Of a stretch of 64,000 bases of DNA, positions 51,051-61,649 are shown piece by piece. The notes below the pieces were generated by a model. The model ran no database searches, was not told the origin of the DNA, and saw only the letters and a list, made by a program, of their open reading frames with translations. Origin of the DNA: an uncultured Chloroflexia bacterium (GTDB lineage: Bacteria > Chloroflexota > Limnocylindria > Limnocylindrales > CSP1-4); the NCBI GenBank assembly GCA_963813335.1, contig CAWEYL010000001.1:736001-800000 (forward strand), in the 5' to 3' direction. The position numbers were made by a program, and so were the translations under genes. Position 1 is the first letter of the stretch. Each line of letters begins with the position of its first letter.

Positions 51051-51638
51051 TCATGTCCAGCCGAACAACGTGGCCGGCGTCCCCGGTGGTGGCCACAGCA
51101 CCGTCGCCATGACGAGCGCCGCGACCGTTGATCCAGAGAGCGACATGACCAGGTCCTGGATCGTGTTCTCGTACGTCAACTGGAGCCCGGACGAGCCGCT
51201 CTGCATCATCGCGAATTCACCGACCTCCCAGAGGATGTCGACGACGGCCCCGAAGCCCAGGACGAGGCCGAACAGGATCCAGCGCTCGCCGACGAGCGGC
51301 GCGATGGCCAGTCCGAACGCGATGCAGAGGCAGAACCAGCCGACCGAATGCGGGATGGCGTCGAAGCCCTTGATGGCGAACAACCCGAGGACATTCGCAC
51401 CGGCGTCGAGCGCGAACGGGATCCCGAGCGCGATGTCGGCCGCGAACGGGTATGGGCCGGGTCGACCGCCGGCCAGCCAGACGAGTGGGATCAGGACCGT
51501 CGTGGCTGGATACAGGACCGCCCGCACACCCATGGCCTTGCCGGCGAAGCGGGAGGGATCCGGCCGGACGATCGGGTAGACCGACAGCGCGATCACCATC
51601 GCCTTGACGATGACATCGATGACGAGACCGATGCTCAT
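51051..51638 (-). CDS. Hypothetical membrane protein
   Basis: Multiple TM segments; D..PH and LWEVGEF...Y.NTIQDL motifs. Confidence 0.75.
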   Translation of the reverse strand: MSIGLVIDVIVKAMVIALSVYPIVRPDPSRFAGKAMGVRAVLYPATTVLIPLVWLAGGRPGPYPFAADIALGIPFALDAGANVLGLFAIKGFDAIPHSVGWFCLCIAFGLAIAPLVGERWILFGLVLGFGAVVDILWEVGEFAMMQSGSSGLQLTYENTIQDLVMSLSGSTVAALVMATVLWPPPGTPATLFGWT

Positions 51639-51684
51639 CCCGTCAGTATCGCGCCGTCAGGCGGGGGCGGGAACATGCCGTTCC

Positions 51685-52509
51685 TCAGCTCGCCCGACAC
51701 GCCAGGTACGCGTACAGCGGCAGGTCGAGCGCGATGTGCCACAGCATCGGCAGCAGCAGCGAGCGGGTCCGCAGCGTGATGACGCCCGCGATGAAGCCGC
51801 CGAGGCCGAGCGCCGCCATCAGCACGATCGGCGAGCCGCCGACGTCGGGGCCGCCGTGCGCCAGCCCGAACACGACGGCCTGGGCGATCAACGCTGCGTA
51901 GCTGCCGGTGACCCGTCCCGTCCATGACATGAGCGCGCCGCGGTAGGCCAGCTCCTCGGACGCGCCGTTCGCGATCGCGAACACCAGTGCCGGGATCAGG
52001 AACCACAGGTTCCCGAGCTCGAGCGAGAACGTCCCGAAGAACGGCCGCGCCAGCAGGGAACCGACGAGCAGCCCGATCGGCCCGAGCACGATCGCCCCCA
52101 CGACCGCCCAGCGCACGACCGACCGCGACGGCCATCGGAGCCCCAGGTCCCTCCCCTTCGCGCGCAGGACGACCGCGAGGACGGCCAGCACGCCGATGAC
52201 GAGCACGCCCTCGGCCAGCCGCCAGACTGCCGGCGGCGACCCGAACGACGTGCAGTCGCCGCCTCCCGGGTCAGCGACCGGCGGCGGCAGGAGCCCCCAG
52301 GTGAGCCCGACGGCGACCGGGATCGGCGCTGCCCAGGCCCAGCGGACCGGTGCATCGCGGCGCACCGCGACCACGGTCCCGCCGACGAGCACGGCCAGCA
52401 CGAACGGGCGCGTCTCGCGCACGGCCGCCGCGAGGACGATCAGCGCGAGCGGGACGAACGAGCGGGCGAACTCGGCCGGGTCCGCTGGCAGTGCGCGCAG
52501 GCTCCGCAC
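51685..52509 (-). CDS. CPBP/CAAX (Abi) family intramembrane metalloprotease
   Basis: EELAYRG, FGLAH, H..LD motifs. Confidence 0.88.
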   Translation of the reverse strand: MRSLRALPADPAEFARSFVPLALIVLAAAVRETRPFVLAVLVGGTVVAVRRDAPVRWAWAAPIPVAVGLTWGLLPPPVADPGGGDCTSFGSPPAVWRLAEGVLVIGVLAVLAVVLRAKGRDLGLRWPSRSVVRWAVVGAIVLGPIGLLVGSLLARPFFGTFSLELGNLWFLIPALVFAIANGASEELAYRGALMSWTGRVTGSYAALIAQAVVFGLAHGGPDVGGSPIVLMAALGLGGFIAGVITLRTRSLLLPMLWHIALDLPLYAYLACRAS

Positions 52510-52689
52510 GGGTCCCCTTCCCTGCTCCGGGCGAGCGTCTCCGGGTCATCGCGCGCACGAAAACGCCCGAAGGAACCGCCGATCAACAGTCGACCCCACC
52601 AATGCAAGCACCGGCGACATCGCTCGTTGTTCAGGGCCCCTTCGGGCAAGACCTACGATACCCGGGCGGACCGGCCGACTGGAAGGGTG

Positions 52690-52751
52690 TTATCCACGAG
52701 TTTGCGAGTTGCTGCCGCCTATCCGCGATGGTTATCCACACGCTGTCCACG
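52690..52751 (+). promoter_or_regulatory. Cluster of DnaA-box-like 9-mers
   Basis: TTATCCACG 52690, perfect TTATCCACA 52732, degenerate CTATCCGCG 52719 and CTGTCCACG 52743. Confidence 0.45.
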
Positions 52752-52759
52752 ACGGGCGC

Positions 52760-53713
52760 CTAGACGTTGCTCCCGGTGATGATCAGGAGCGCGGCGCCAC
52801 CCGTCACGGGGCGCTGCAGGGCGGCCGCCCATGACGCCGCCGCGGCCCCTTCGACGGTGATCCCGAGCTCGCTGGTCAGCTCGGCCTGCGCCTCGTGCAG
52901 CGCCGCCTCGGAGACCAGCAGCATCTCGTCGACGCGGCCGGCCATCAGCTCGACGGACTGCGGCACGGCGACCCGGGCGGCGATCCCGTCCGCGTAGGTC
53001 GTCACGCTGGGCGTGTCGATGGCCCGGCCGGCCCGCCAGCTGAGGGTCATCGCGGGCGCCCCTTCGGCCTGCACGCCGACGACGGCGCAGCCGGGCGCCG
53101 CCTCCTTGAGCCACGCCCCGACGCCGTTGATCAGCGCACCGTTGCCGACCGGCACGAACGCGGCGGCCACCTCGGGGAGGCGTCCCGTGGCGACCGCATC
53201 GGTCACCTCGAGCGCCATCGTGGCGGCGCCGGCCGAGATCGAGGGGTCCTCGCCGTCGACCAGGAACTCGCCGCCATGCTCGGCGGCGTAGGCGCGGGCC
53301 GCGGCCACCGCCGCATCGAAGTCCTCGCCGACCTGGTGGACCGTGGCGCCGAGGGTCCGCATCCGGACGATCTTGCCCGGGTTCGCGTGCAGCGACGCGA
53401 AGACCACGGTCGAGACGCCGACGTAGCGCGCGGCATACGGGATCCCCTGCCCGAAGTTGCCGGCCGAAGCCACCACGATGGGCCGGTCCGGGCCGATCCT
53501 CCCCTGCCCTGCCAGGCGGTGCACGGCGACCCACGTCCCGCGGCCCTTGAACGAGCGGATGGGGTTGTCGGTCTCGACTTTGACGACGACGGGCGACCCG
53601 AGCCGCGCCGAGAGCCCCGGGTGCACGTACTGCGGCGACCCGGTGAACGCCGGGTCGATCTCCGGGTGGACCGCCCGGATGGCGTCGGCCTCGAGCTCGG
53701 GGACGCGGATCAT
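52760..53713 (-). CDS. PLP-dependent threonine/serine dehydratase family protein
   Basis: KVE...SFKGRG, ASAGNFGQG, VPVGNGALI, ITGSN; GGAGG RBS. Confidence 0.9.
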   Translation of the reverse strand: MIRVPELEADAIRAVHPEIDPAFTGSPQYVHPGLSARLGSPVVVKVETDNPIRSFKGRGTWVAVHRLAGQGRIGPDRPIVVASAGNFGQGIPYAARYVGVSTVVFASLHANPGKIVRMRTLGATVHQVGEDFDAAVAAARAYAAEHGGEFLVDGEDPSISAGAATMALEVTDAVATGRLPEVAAAFVPVGNGALINGVGAWLKEAAPGCAVVGVQAEGAPAMTLSWRAGRAIDTPSVTTYADGIAARVAVPQSVELMAGRVDEMLLVSEAALHEAQAELTSELGITVEGAAAASWAAALQRPVTGGAALLIITGSNV

Positions 53714-54372
53714 GGTTCCTCCAAGGTATTCGGCTCGTGATCGGTCTGGCGCCACCGGTCGGCGAGGACCTGAACGGGGATGATCAGCAGCCAGCTCAGC
53801 TCGACGCCCGGCGGCCCGATCAATGGCAGCAGCACGAGCGACGGCAGCATCACGATCGGGACGGCCATGCCGCGAAGGCTGGACGACCGGACGTGATGTC
53901 GCGACAGGCCCGGCACCGTGAGGCCCGCGCGGTCGGCGTACAGCCACGACACGGTCCCCATGATCCCGGCCGCTGAGAGCGTCACGGCGTAGAAGACGAC
54001 GGCGGCCGCGGTATCGCCGTACTCACCGATGACGCCGGTCGGGAACGGGATCAGGGCGACGAAGCCAAGGAGCAGGAGGTTGATGGTGGCCAACCGGAAG
54101 TCGATCCGCTCGACGACCTGGTAGCGGCGCCAGTGGGCCAGCCAGTAGGTGCCGATCGTGAGGAAGCTGAGGGCGTATGCGAACAGGCGCGGGGCCTGCG
54201 CCTGCAAGGCCCGCAGCACGTCATCGCTCGTCGCATGCTCGCCGAGATCCGGGAGCCGGAGCTCGATCACCAGCAGCGTGATGGCGATCGCAAAGACGGC
54301 ATCCGAGAAGAAGAGGACCCGCTCGAATGCGAGTCCATCGCCGACGGACTCACGTGACGACCGCGATCGCAC
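53710..54372 (-). CDS. TMEM175 family potassium channel (start uncertain)
   Basis: FFSDAVFAIAITLLV signature; YWLAH; IPFPT. Confidence 0.9.
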   Translation of the reverse strand: MRSRSSRESVGDGLAFERVLFFSDAVFAIAITLLVIELRLPDLGEHATSDDVLRALQAQAPRLFAYALSFLTIGTYWLAHWRRYQVVERIDFRLATINLLLLGFVALIPFPTGVIGEYGDTAAAVVFYAVTLSAAGIMGTVSWLYADRAGLTVPGLSRHHVRSSSLRGMAVPIVMLPSLVLLPLIGPPGVELSWLLIIPVQVLADRWRQTDHEPNTLEEP

Positions 54373-54373
54373 G

Positions 54374-54907
54374 TCAGGCCTCGAGCGGGTCGACGCGCTC
54401 GTCGTGGAGCTGCGGGACGCCGTCGGCGTCGATGGCCACCACGACCAGCGGGATCGGGCTGGCGCCGTCGACGATCGACACGCGGGCCGCGCCGTCGATG
54501 ACGACCATCCGCAGCGGCGCGCCCCGATCCGAGCTCGTCTCCTGCCACGCGGCGGCCGCGGCGGCGATGACCGACTCGTCGATGAGCACCGGGCCGTCGG
54601 GGTCGAACGCCACGCCCGTGATGTGCTGGATGCCGTCGCGGTCGACCCGGTTGCCGTGGAGCGTGCCGTCCGGCTCGGGGTGGAGCGTCAGGAGCACGCC
54701 GCCCGTCGACAGCTCGAGGTGGCTGAAGCGGCGGTCCGGGCCGGTCTCGAGCAGCAGCGAGTGGACGATCGCCCCGTCGCGGGTCACGACCTCGCGCCAG
54801 CGCCGGCCGCGCCGGCCCTCGGACATCGTCCAGACCACGGTGCGGTCGCCCCAGCGGCCGCTCCCGGCCAGCCGGCGTGGCGCCGTCGTCGCTCGTGGCC
54901 CGGTCAT
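54374..54907 (-). CDS. Hypothetical protein
   Basis: ATGA overlap with the hflX stop; [21 protein letters not shown]. Confidence 0.7.
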   Translation of the reverse strand: MTGPRATTAPRRLAGSGRWGDRTVVWTMSEGRRGRRWREVVTRDGAIVHSLLLETGPDRRFSHLELSTGGVLLTLHPEPDGTLHGNRVDRDGIQHITGVAFDPDGPVLIDESVIAAAAAAWQETSSDRGAPLRMVVIDGAARVSIVDGASPIPLVVVAIDADGVPQLHDERVDPLEA

Positions 54908-56226
54908 CGGTCTGCGGCGACCGCCGCCGCTTCCGCCACCGCCCCGGTCCAGGCGTCGGCCACGGCGAGCAGCTCCCCGGCCAGCGACGGCGCGACCCGT
55001 CCGACGATGCGGACGTCGCGCTCGCGGTACTCGACCTCGACGGTCCCGCGCTCGCGGACGCGCGCCAGCAGCTCGCCGGCCGTGTACGGCAGCGTGACGT
55101 CGATATCGACCCAGAGCGACGCCAGCAGCGCCGCGGTGGCCGCCCGGAGCGTCTCCATGCCGTAGCCGGTCATGGCCGAGACGAACACGGCGCCCGCGAT
55201 CGACGGCGCCGGCGTCGCGCCGTCGGCCGAGCGGTCGAGCAGGTCGACCTTGTTGAAGGCCACGAGGCGCGGCTTCTCCCCCGCCCCGAGCTCGTCGAGG
55301 ACGGTCTGGACGGTCGCGCGGTGCTCGTCCTTGTGCGGGTCCGACGCGTCGACCACCTCGATCAGCACGTCCGCGCGGTTGACCTCCTCGAGCGTCGCCC
55401 GGAACGCGTCGACCAGCTGGTGCGGGAGCTTGTGGATGAACCCGACGGTGTCGGTGACGATCGCCGTCTGGCCGTCGCCGAGCTTGACCTGACGGCTCGT
55501 CGGGTCGAGCGTCGCGAAGAGCTTGTCCTCGGCCAGCGCCACCTCCGAGCCGACGAGCGAGTTCAGCAGCGTTGACTTGCCGGCATTCGTGTAACCGACG
55601 ATGCCGACGGTCGGCCACAGGCGGCGGTCCCGGCCGCGAGCCGCCGTCTCGCGCTGCTGGCGGACCTGCTCCACGCGCTCCTTCATCTTCGCGATGCGCG
55701 TGCGGATGATCCGGCGGTCGGTCTCCAGCTGGCTCTCGCCGGGACCGCGGGAGCCGATGCCGCCCTGGGTGCGCGAGAGGTGGGTCCACATCCGGGTCAG
55801 GCGCGGCAGCTGGTACTCGAGCTGGGCCAGCTCCACCTGGAGCCGGCCCTCGTGGGTCTGGGCATGCAGCGCGAAGATGTCGAGGATCAGCCGGCTGCGG
55901 TCGATGACCTTGACCTTGAGGTGCTCCTCGAGCGCGCGCTGCTGGGCCGGCGAGAGCTCGTCGTCGGCGACGAGCAGGTCGAAGTCGGTCTCGCGCTTGG
56001 CGGCGACGAGGTCGTCGGCCTTGCCCTTGCCCACGTACCAGTTGGGGTCGATGTGACGGCGGTTCTGCCACTCGGCGCCCACGACGTCGGCGCCCGCCGT
56101 CGTCGCCAGGTTGGCGAGCTCGGCGAGCGACTCCTCCGCGGTCCAGCCGTCGTCCCCGCCGGTGTCGACCGCGACGAGGAACGCCTTCTCGACGGGCGTG
56201 CTGAGGTCGATCAGGTCCTTGGGCAT
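54904..56226 (-). CDS. hflX: GTPase HflX
   Basis: [53 protein letters not shown]. Confidence 0.96.
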   Translation of the reverse strand: MPKDLIDLSTPVEKAFLVAVDTGGDDGWTAEESLAELANLATTAGADVVGAEWQNRRHIDPNWYVGKGKADDLVAAKRETDFDLLVADDELSPAQQRALEEHLKVKVIDRSRLILDIFALHAQTHEGRLQVELAQLEYQLPRLTRMWTHLSRTQGGIGSRGPGESQLETDRRIIRTRIAKMKERVEQVRQQRETAARGRDRRLWPTVGIVGYTNAGKSTLLNSLVGSEVALAEDKLFATLDPTSRQVKLGDGQTAIVTDTVGFIHKLPHQLVDAFRATLEEVNRADVLIEVVDASDPHKDEHRATVQTVLDELGAGEKPRLVAFNKVDLLDRSADGATPAPSIAGAVFVSAMTGYGMETLRAATAALLASLWVDIDVTLPYTAGELLARVRERGTVEVEYRERDVRIVGRVAPSLAGELLAVADAWTGAVAEAAAVAADR

Positions 56227-56269
56227 CGCCGAAGGATAGTCGCTGGACGTCGCGGCGTACCGTTGGGGC

Positions 56270-56803
56270 GTGCTGAGGACGCGGTCACTGGGCCTCGGGA
56301 TCTGCCTGCTCGTGCTGGGATGCGGGAGCCCGCCTCCGTCATCCCTGCCCGGCGTGCCCGCGCATGCCGAGGTCCGCGATGGCCGGTTCGTGCTCACCTT
56401 CGACCTGCCCAAGGACACCTATTCGGCGGATGAGCCCATCGACGGCGCGGCGACCCTGGCCGTGGATGGCGGCGCGGCGGTGCCCTACGGCGCGTCGGGC
56501 CTGGGAGCCATCGGGTTCGGGTTCGCCGAGGTGAACGGGCCACGGGCGATGGGGCCCGCCTTCACCGCCGACTGCCGCGCCGGCGTGCTGGTCCCGGGGA
56601 CGCCGGTCACCTCGCCCATCACGAAGTCGGGCGGCTACACCGAGGACGACCCGCTGGCGCCCTTCTACCGGTCGTTCTTCGCCGACAAGGTGGTCCACCT
56701 GCCGCCGGGCGACTGGAAGATCACCGCGCTCGCGTCGTTCGTGGAGCAGCGCGACTGCGGCGGGGACGCGCACGACATGACCGCCACGGTCAACGTGCAC
56801 GTC
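56270..56803 (+). pseudogene. Hypothetical lipoprotein lacking its own stop (reads into the antisense strand of the permease)
   Basis: LLVLGC lipobox; coding-like up to ATVNVHV, then antisense-like sequence. Confidence 0.55.
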
Positions 56804-57084
56804 AGGACCGGTTCGAGGCTCCCCTGCTGCCGCTCGCCGGCGACGGCGTACGCGGCGAGGACGGACGGCGCGAAGATCGGGATGGCGAGCATGTACAACA
56901 GGAGGTGCCACCCGCTCACGGTCGCGACGGACGCTCCCGATGACCGGAAGACCACGAACAGCGGCTGGATGAGGAAGACGAGGGGGAAGACCGCCGTCGC
57001 GACGAGGACGGAGCCGTGCCGCCGGTACTCGCGAAGCTCCTTGCGGGTGATGGCCAGCACCCGCCTCCGGCTCATCCCCTTCAC
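56801..57084 (-). pseudogene. ABC-2 type permease, truncated after about 95 aa
   Basis: AITRKELRE...AGERQQGSLEPVLT, after which the remaining TM segments are missing. Confidence 0.7.
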
Positions 57085-58061
57085 GGCGCGGTCCTCCTCG
57101 TCGTCGATCAGCTCGAGGTAGACATCCTCGAGCGAGTGGCGTGACTCTTCGATCGCGAGGACATCCGCGCCAGCGGCCACCAAGGCCCGGGTGACGTGCG
57201 GCGCGGCGAGGGCGGGGTCCGAGACCGTGAGCACATAGACCGTCGGCCCATCCTCTCGCCACGAATTCGACACCGGGAAGGTGACCGAAGGACGCGGTCC
57301 GGCGTGTCGAGCGGCGCCACGGTCCTGACGGTGAGCGCCCGGGCGAACAGCTGGTCGCGAAGCTCCTCGGGCCGTCCGATCGAGCGCAGGGAGGTGTTCA
57401 GGATCGCGACGCGGTCGCAGAGGCGCTCCGCCTCCTCGAGACGATGGGTGGTCAGGAAGATCGTCACGCCGCGACGCCCGAGTCCCACGATCAGCTCGTG
57501 GACCTCCCGAGCCGCGACGGGGTCGAGACCCGCCGTGGGTTCATCGAGGAACAGCACCTCCGGTTCGCTGAGCAGCGCCCTGGCGAGGGCCGTCCGCTGA
57601 CGGAGCCCCTTGGAGAGCGTCCCGCACAGGTCATGCGCGCGGTCGGTCAGGCCCATCGCGCCAAGTGCGCCCTCGATGCGAACCTCTGGGTGGGCCACCT
57701 CGTACAGGTCGGCGAAGCATCGGAGGTTCTCGAGGACGCTCAGGCGGAGGTACAGGCCCGGAGACTCAGGCATGACCGCGATCCGTCGGCGGATCTCCAC
57801 GCCGTTCCCGGGCATCAACGCGATCCCGGCGACCGTTGCCGAGCCAGAGGTGGGGGCGATAAGCGTGCCCAGCGCGCGGACGGTGGTCGTCTTGCCCGCG
57901 CCGTTGGGCCCGAGGAACCCGAAGATCTCGCCGCGCGCCACGTCGAACGAGATGTCGTCGACCGCGAGGCGATCACCGAAGCGCTTCGAGAGGTTCCGCA
58001 CCGACAACGCGGGTGCGACACCGTCATTTCCCGGCAGCTGTCCGACGACCTCGCCGCTCAT
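57085..58061 (-). CDS. ABC transporter ATP-binding protein (frameshift near 57270-57290)
   Basis: GPNGAGKTT, LSKGLRQR, LFLDEPT, TTH; C-terminal SLEDVYLEL in a second frame. Confidence 0.88.
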
Positions 58062-58130
58062 CACGGCGGTAGCGTAGCGCGAAGACGCCGGATGCCCCGA
58101 CGGGCCGAACGGGGGCCCACGGCGCGACGG

Positions 58131-59099
58131 TCAACCGCCGAGGATGCGGGCGAGCGATCCGGCGGCGATGAGGTCCGAGGCGGCCAGCCGACGGTCGCGG
58201 TCGAGCCCGCGCGTCCGGGTCGGATCGGCATCGAGCCAGGTGATGTCCGGCTCCGACCGGAACCACGTCGCCTGGCGTTTCGCGAACGCGACGTTGCGGC
58301 GGATATCCTCCTCGAGGGCGTCCTCGAGCGTCGCGTCACCGTCGAGGACCGACCACGCTTCGCGGTAGCCGATCGCACTGAAGGCCGGGAGGCCGGGGTC
58401 GAAGCGCTCGCGGAGGGCCCGCGCCTCCTCGATGAGCCCGGCGTCGAACTGGGCGCGCGCCCGGGTCGCGATGCGCGCACGATGCGCCTCCGATCCGAGA
58501 CGGAGACCGATCCAGGCGACCGGGCCCGGGTAGCCGCGCGCTGGCGGGCGCGGCGCGTCGCCCTGCAGTTCGGCGATCTCGAGCGCGCGCACGACGCGCC
58601 GCGGGTTGCGCAGGTCTACGTCCGCGGCGAGTTCAGGCGCCAGTGCCTCGAGACGGAGGACGCTCGCCGCGAGGCCGTCGTGGGCCAGCGTTGACTCCAT
58701 ACGGGCGCGGACGGCCGGGTCGCTGGGCAGCGCGTCGGTGTCGATGCCCCGCGCGACGGCGCGCAGGTAGAAGCCAGTCCCGCCGGCGAGGATGGCGACC
58801 CCGTCTCGGGCGGCGAGGTCGTCAAGGACGCTGCGGGCGTGCCTGGCGAAGTCGGCGACGCTGAACGGCGCGTCCGGGTCGACGAGGTCCAGGCCGTGAT
58901 GCGGGACGCGGGCACGCTCCTCGGGGGTCGCCTTGGCCGTGCCGATGTCGAGGCCGCGGAACACCTGGCGGGAGTCCGCGGAGATGATCTCGGCGACGCG
59001 ACCGCGGGCAGCCAGCGCCTCGGCCAGCTCGATCGCGGCCGCGGTCTTGCCGGTCGCGGTGGCGCCGGCGATGACGACCAGCGGCGGGGCTCCGGTCAC
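58131..59099 (-). CDS. miaA: tRNA dimethylallyltransferase
   Basis: GATATGKT, ISADSRQV..GLDIGTAK, GGTGFY, RRVVRALE, AIGYRE, AKRQATWF. Confidence 0.96.
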   Translation of the reverse strand: MTGAPPLVVIAGATATGKTAAAIELAEALAARGRVAEIISADSRQVFRGLDIGTAKATPEERARVPHHGLDLVDPDAPFSVADFARHARSVLDDLAARDGVAILAGGTGFYLRAVARGIDTDALPSDPAVRARMESTLAHDGLAASVLRLEALAPELAADVDLRNPRRVVRALEIAELQGDAPRPPARGYPGPVAWIGLRLGSEAHRARIATRARAQFDAGLIEEARALRERFDPGLPAFSAIGYREAWSVLDGDATLEDALEEDIRRNVAFAKRQATWFRSEPDITWLDADPTRTRGLDRDRRLAASDLIAAGSLARILGG

Positions 59100-60712
59100 G
59101 AGGCGACGACTGCGCCTCGCAGGGCATACGGGCCGGCGTGGTCGATGCGGACGGTGACGAGCCGCCCGACGAGATCGTCGCCGCCGCCGAGGTGGACCAG
59201 CTTGTTGCCGCGCGTCCGGCCGGTGAGGCCGGCCCGCGCACCCGCCCCGCCCGACTCGTGCTCGTGGGAGCGCGGCGCCCCGACCGCCTCGACCAGGACC
59301 TCCAGCTCGCGGCCGAGCCACGCCTGGTTGCGCTCGAGCCCGATCCCCTCCTGCAGCGCGAGCAGCTCGTTGAGGCGGCGGCGCTTGGTCTCGGGCGGGA
59401 CGTCGTCGGGGAGCCGGGTCGCGGGCGTGCCCGGGCGCGGCGAGTACGCGGCCGCGAAGACCTGGTCGTAGCGGACGGCCTCGAGGAGCCGCAGGGTGGC
59501 CTGGAACTGCTCCTCGGTCTCGCCGCAGAACCCGACGATGACATCGGTCGAGACGGTGATGCCGGGGACCGCCTCGCGGATCCGCGCCAGGCGCTCCTGG
59601 TAGTGGTCGATCGTGTACTGGCGGCCCATCCGCCGGAGCACCGCGTCGTCGCCCGACTGGACCGGCAGATGCAGGTGCTCGCAGATGCTCTCGCAGTCGG
59701 CGAGGGCCGCGATCAGCCGGTCCGAGAGGTCCCACGGGTGCGACGTCACGAAGCGCAGCCGCCCGATGGCCGGCCGCCCGTCCACGGTCCGCAGGCCGTC
59801 GATGGCGCGGAGGAGCTCGGCGAGGTCCGGTCGCCCGTGCAGGTCGAGCTGGCGGCCGGCCCAGCGCGCGTCGTCGACGTGGCCGAAGCGCGGGTCGGGC
59901 GCGAGGTCGTGGCCGTAGGAGTTGACGTTCTGGCCGAGCAGCGTGACCTCGTGATAGCCGGCGGCGGCGAGCGAGCGGGCCTCGGCCACGATCTCGTCGA
60001 ACGGGCGGCTGCGCTCCGGGCCGCGGCTGAATGGCACGATGCAGTACGTGCAGGTCTTGTCGCAGCCGTAGATGATCGGCAGCCAGGCGCTGATCGTCGA
60101 GCCGCGCGCGACCGTGCCGGCCCCGACCGCCGTCGCGCGCGTCGCCGCCAGGCCGTCCGCGACGCCGACGGTGGTCCGATGCACGACCGTCGTCCCACCC
60201 ACGGCGCCGATGGGCGCCTGCGCCGACGCCAGGCCGAGCCGGTCGACGAGCTCGGGCTCCTCGTCCGGCCGCAGGAACAGGTCGACGGCCGGGTAGCGGC
60301 GGCGGAGGCCGTCGCGCTCGGGCTCGCGGACCGCGCAGCCGGTGAGGACCACGCGCAGGCCCGGGTTGGCCTGCTTCAGCTTCCCGAGCTGGCCCTGCCG
60401 GCCGATGATCTTCTGCTCGGCGCCCTCACGGATCGCGCACGAGTTGATGACGATCAGGTCGGCGTCGTCGAAGCCGCTCGCTTCCGCGCAGCCCGCCTGG
60501 AGCAGGCGCCCGGCCATCTCCTCCGAGTCGCTCCGGTTCATCTGGCAGCCGAGCGTCCACAGGTGGAAGCGCGGCAGGGCCCGGCTCTCCGGCAGGTACT
60601 CGGCGAGCCGCTCGTCGTCGGGCGTGGCCGGGCGACGCGGGTCGGCAACCGTCGGCGGCGGCGCGATCTCGAGCATCGGCAGGGCACGGTCGAGCGTGCT
60701 TCGTTCGGTCAT
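59096..60712 (-). CDS. miaB: tRNA-2-methylthio-N6-dimethylallyladenosine synthase
   Basis: GCQMN..DSE, CDKTCTYC radical SAM motif, LLGQNVNSYG, TRAM domain. Confidence 0.96.
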   Translation of the reverse strand: MTERSTLDRALPMLEIAPPPTVADPRRPATPDDERLAEYLPESRALPRFHLWTLGCQMNRSDSEEMAGRLLQAGCAEASGFDDADLIVINSCAIREGAEQKIIGRQGQLGKLKQANPGLRVVLTGCAVREPERDGLRRRYPAVDLFLRPDEEPELVDRLGLASAQAPIGAVGGTTVVHRTTVGVADGLAATRATAVGAGTVARGSTISAWLPIIYGCDKTCTYCIVPFSRGPERSRPFDEIVAEARSLAAAGYHEVTLLGQNVNSYGHDLAPDPRFGHVDDARWAGRQLDLHGRPDLAELLRAIDGLRTVDGRPAIGRLRFVTSHPWDLSDRLIAALADCESICEHLHLPVQSGDDAVLRRMGRQYTIDHYQERLARIREAVPGITVSTDVIVGFCGETEEQFQATLRLLEAVRYDQVFAAAYSPRPGTPATRLPDDVPPETKRRRLNELLALQEGIGLERNQAWLGRELEVLVEAVGAPRSHEHESGGAGARAGLTGRTRGNKLVHLGGGDDLVGRLVTVRIDHAGPYALRGAVVAS

Positions 60713-61647
60713 GGGCGTCCAGCCGACTGTACGCCGAGCGCGGCGCGCACGCCATCGGCCACTGACGGCGGGATCCACAGGTAGGCGTGGGCGTCGGCGT
60801 AGCTCCCGAGGTCGCCGTGGTAGTCGCTGCCGCCGGTCTGGACGAGGCCGAGCTCGGTCGCCACCTTGCGCACGGACTTCGTGGTGGCGGCGTCGAACGA
60901 GCGGTAGTGGACCTCGAGGCCGCGCAGGCCGCCGTCGACGAGCTCCTGGACGACCTCGATGCGGGCACGCGCCTCGCTGAAGTGGGCCAGTGCCGCGAAG
61001 CCCCCGGCCGCCCTGATGACGTCGATCGCCTCCTGCGGACCCAGGCCCTCGCGCTGGATGTACGCCGGGCAGCCGTGGCCGAGCAGCCGCCGGAAGGCGT
61101 CCTCGACGCTGCTCGCGTGGCCGGCGGCCATCAGCGCCCGCGCGATCGTCGGCCGGCCGAGCGCATCGTCGTCAACGGTCCGCAGCGCCTCGACCTGCGC
61201 GTCGATCGCGAGGCCGAGCTCGCGCAATCGCTCGACGGTGCGCTCGAAGCGGATGCGCCGCCGGTCCCGCTGCGCCAAGAGCGTGGCTTCGAAGGCGTCG
61301 TCGCCGGGGTCCATGCCGAACCCGAGGATGTGGAGCTCGCCCTCCCACAGCCCGAGGTCCCGGGTGACGAGCGCGTTGATCTCGACGCCCGGGACGAGCT
61401 CGAGGCCCGCCGGGACGGCCCCCGCCGCCACGACCTCGCGATAGCCGGCCAGCGTGTCGTGGTCGGTCAGGGCCATGAACGTCACGCCGACTGCCGCAGC
61501 GGCCGCGACCAGGTCGGCCGCGGCCATGACGCCGTCCGAGCGGGTCGTGTGCGTATGCAGGTCGACGGTCGAGGGGAACGGCGCCGGGCTGCGGCCCTGC
61601 CACGCCGCCAACGGGTCGTGGCGCCGCCGACGAGCGGGCGTCGCCAC
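60709..61647 (-). CDS. PHP domain phosphoesterase
   Basis: DLHTHTTRSDG, LTDHD, GVEI, GGSDYHG. Confidence 0.92.
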   Translation of the reverse strand: MATPARRRRHDPLAAWQGRSPAPFPSTVDLHTHTTRSDGVMAAADLVAAAAAVGVTFMALTDHDTLAGYREVVAAGAVPAGLELVPGVEINALVTRDLGLWEGELHILGFGMDPGDDAFEATLLAQRDRRRIRFERTVERLRELGLAIDAQVEALRTVDDDALGRPTIARALMAAGHASSVEDAFRRLLGHGCPAYIQREGLGPQEAIDVIRAAGGFAALAHFSEARARIEVVQELVDGGLRGLEVHYRSFDAATTKSVRKVATELGLVQTGGSDYHGDLGSYADAHAYLWIPPSVADGVRAALGVQSAGRP

Positions 61648-61649
61648 CG

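Noticed and set aside
52510-52760. Possible oriC
   Set aside because: Too few boxes, no AT-rich unwinding element and no origin-linked genes.
56665-57273. ABC ATPase C-terminus in frame with the permease (fusion)
   Set aside because: More likely a single-base error at a GTGA overlap, given the error rate in this window.
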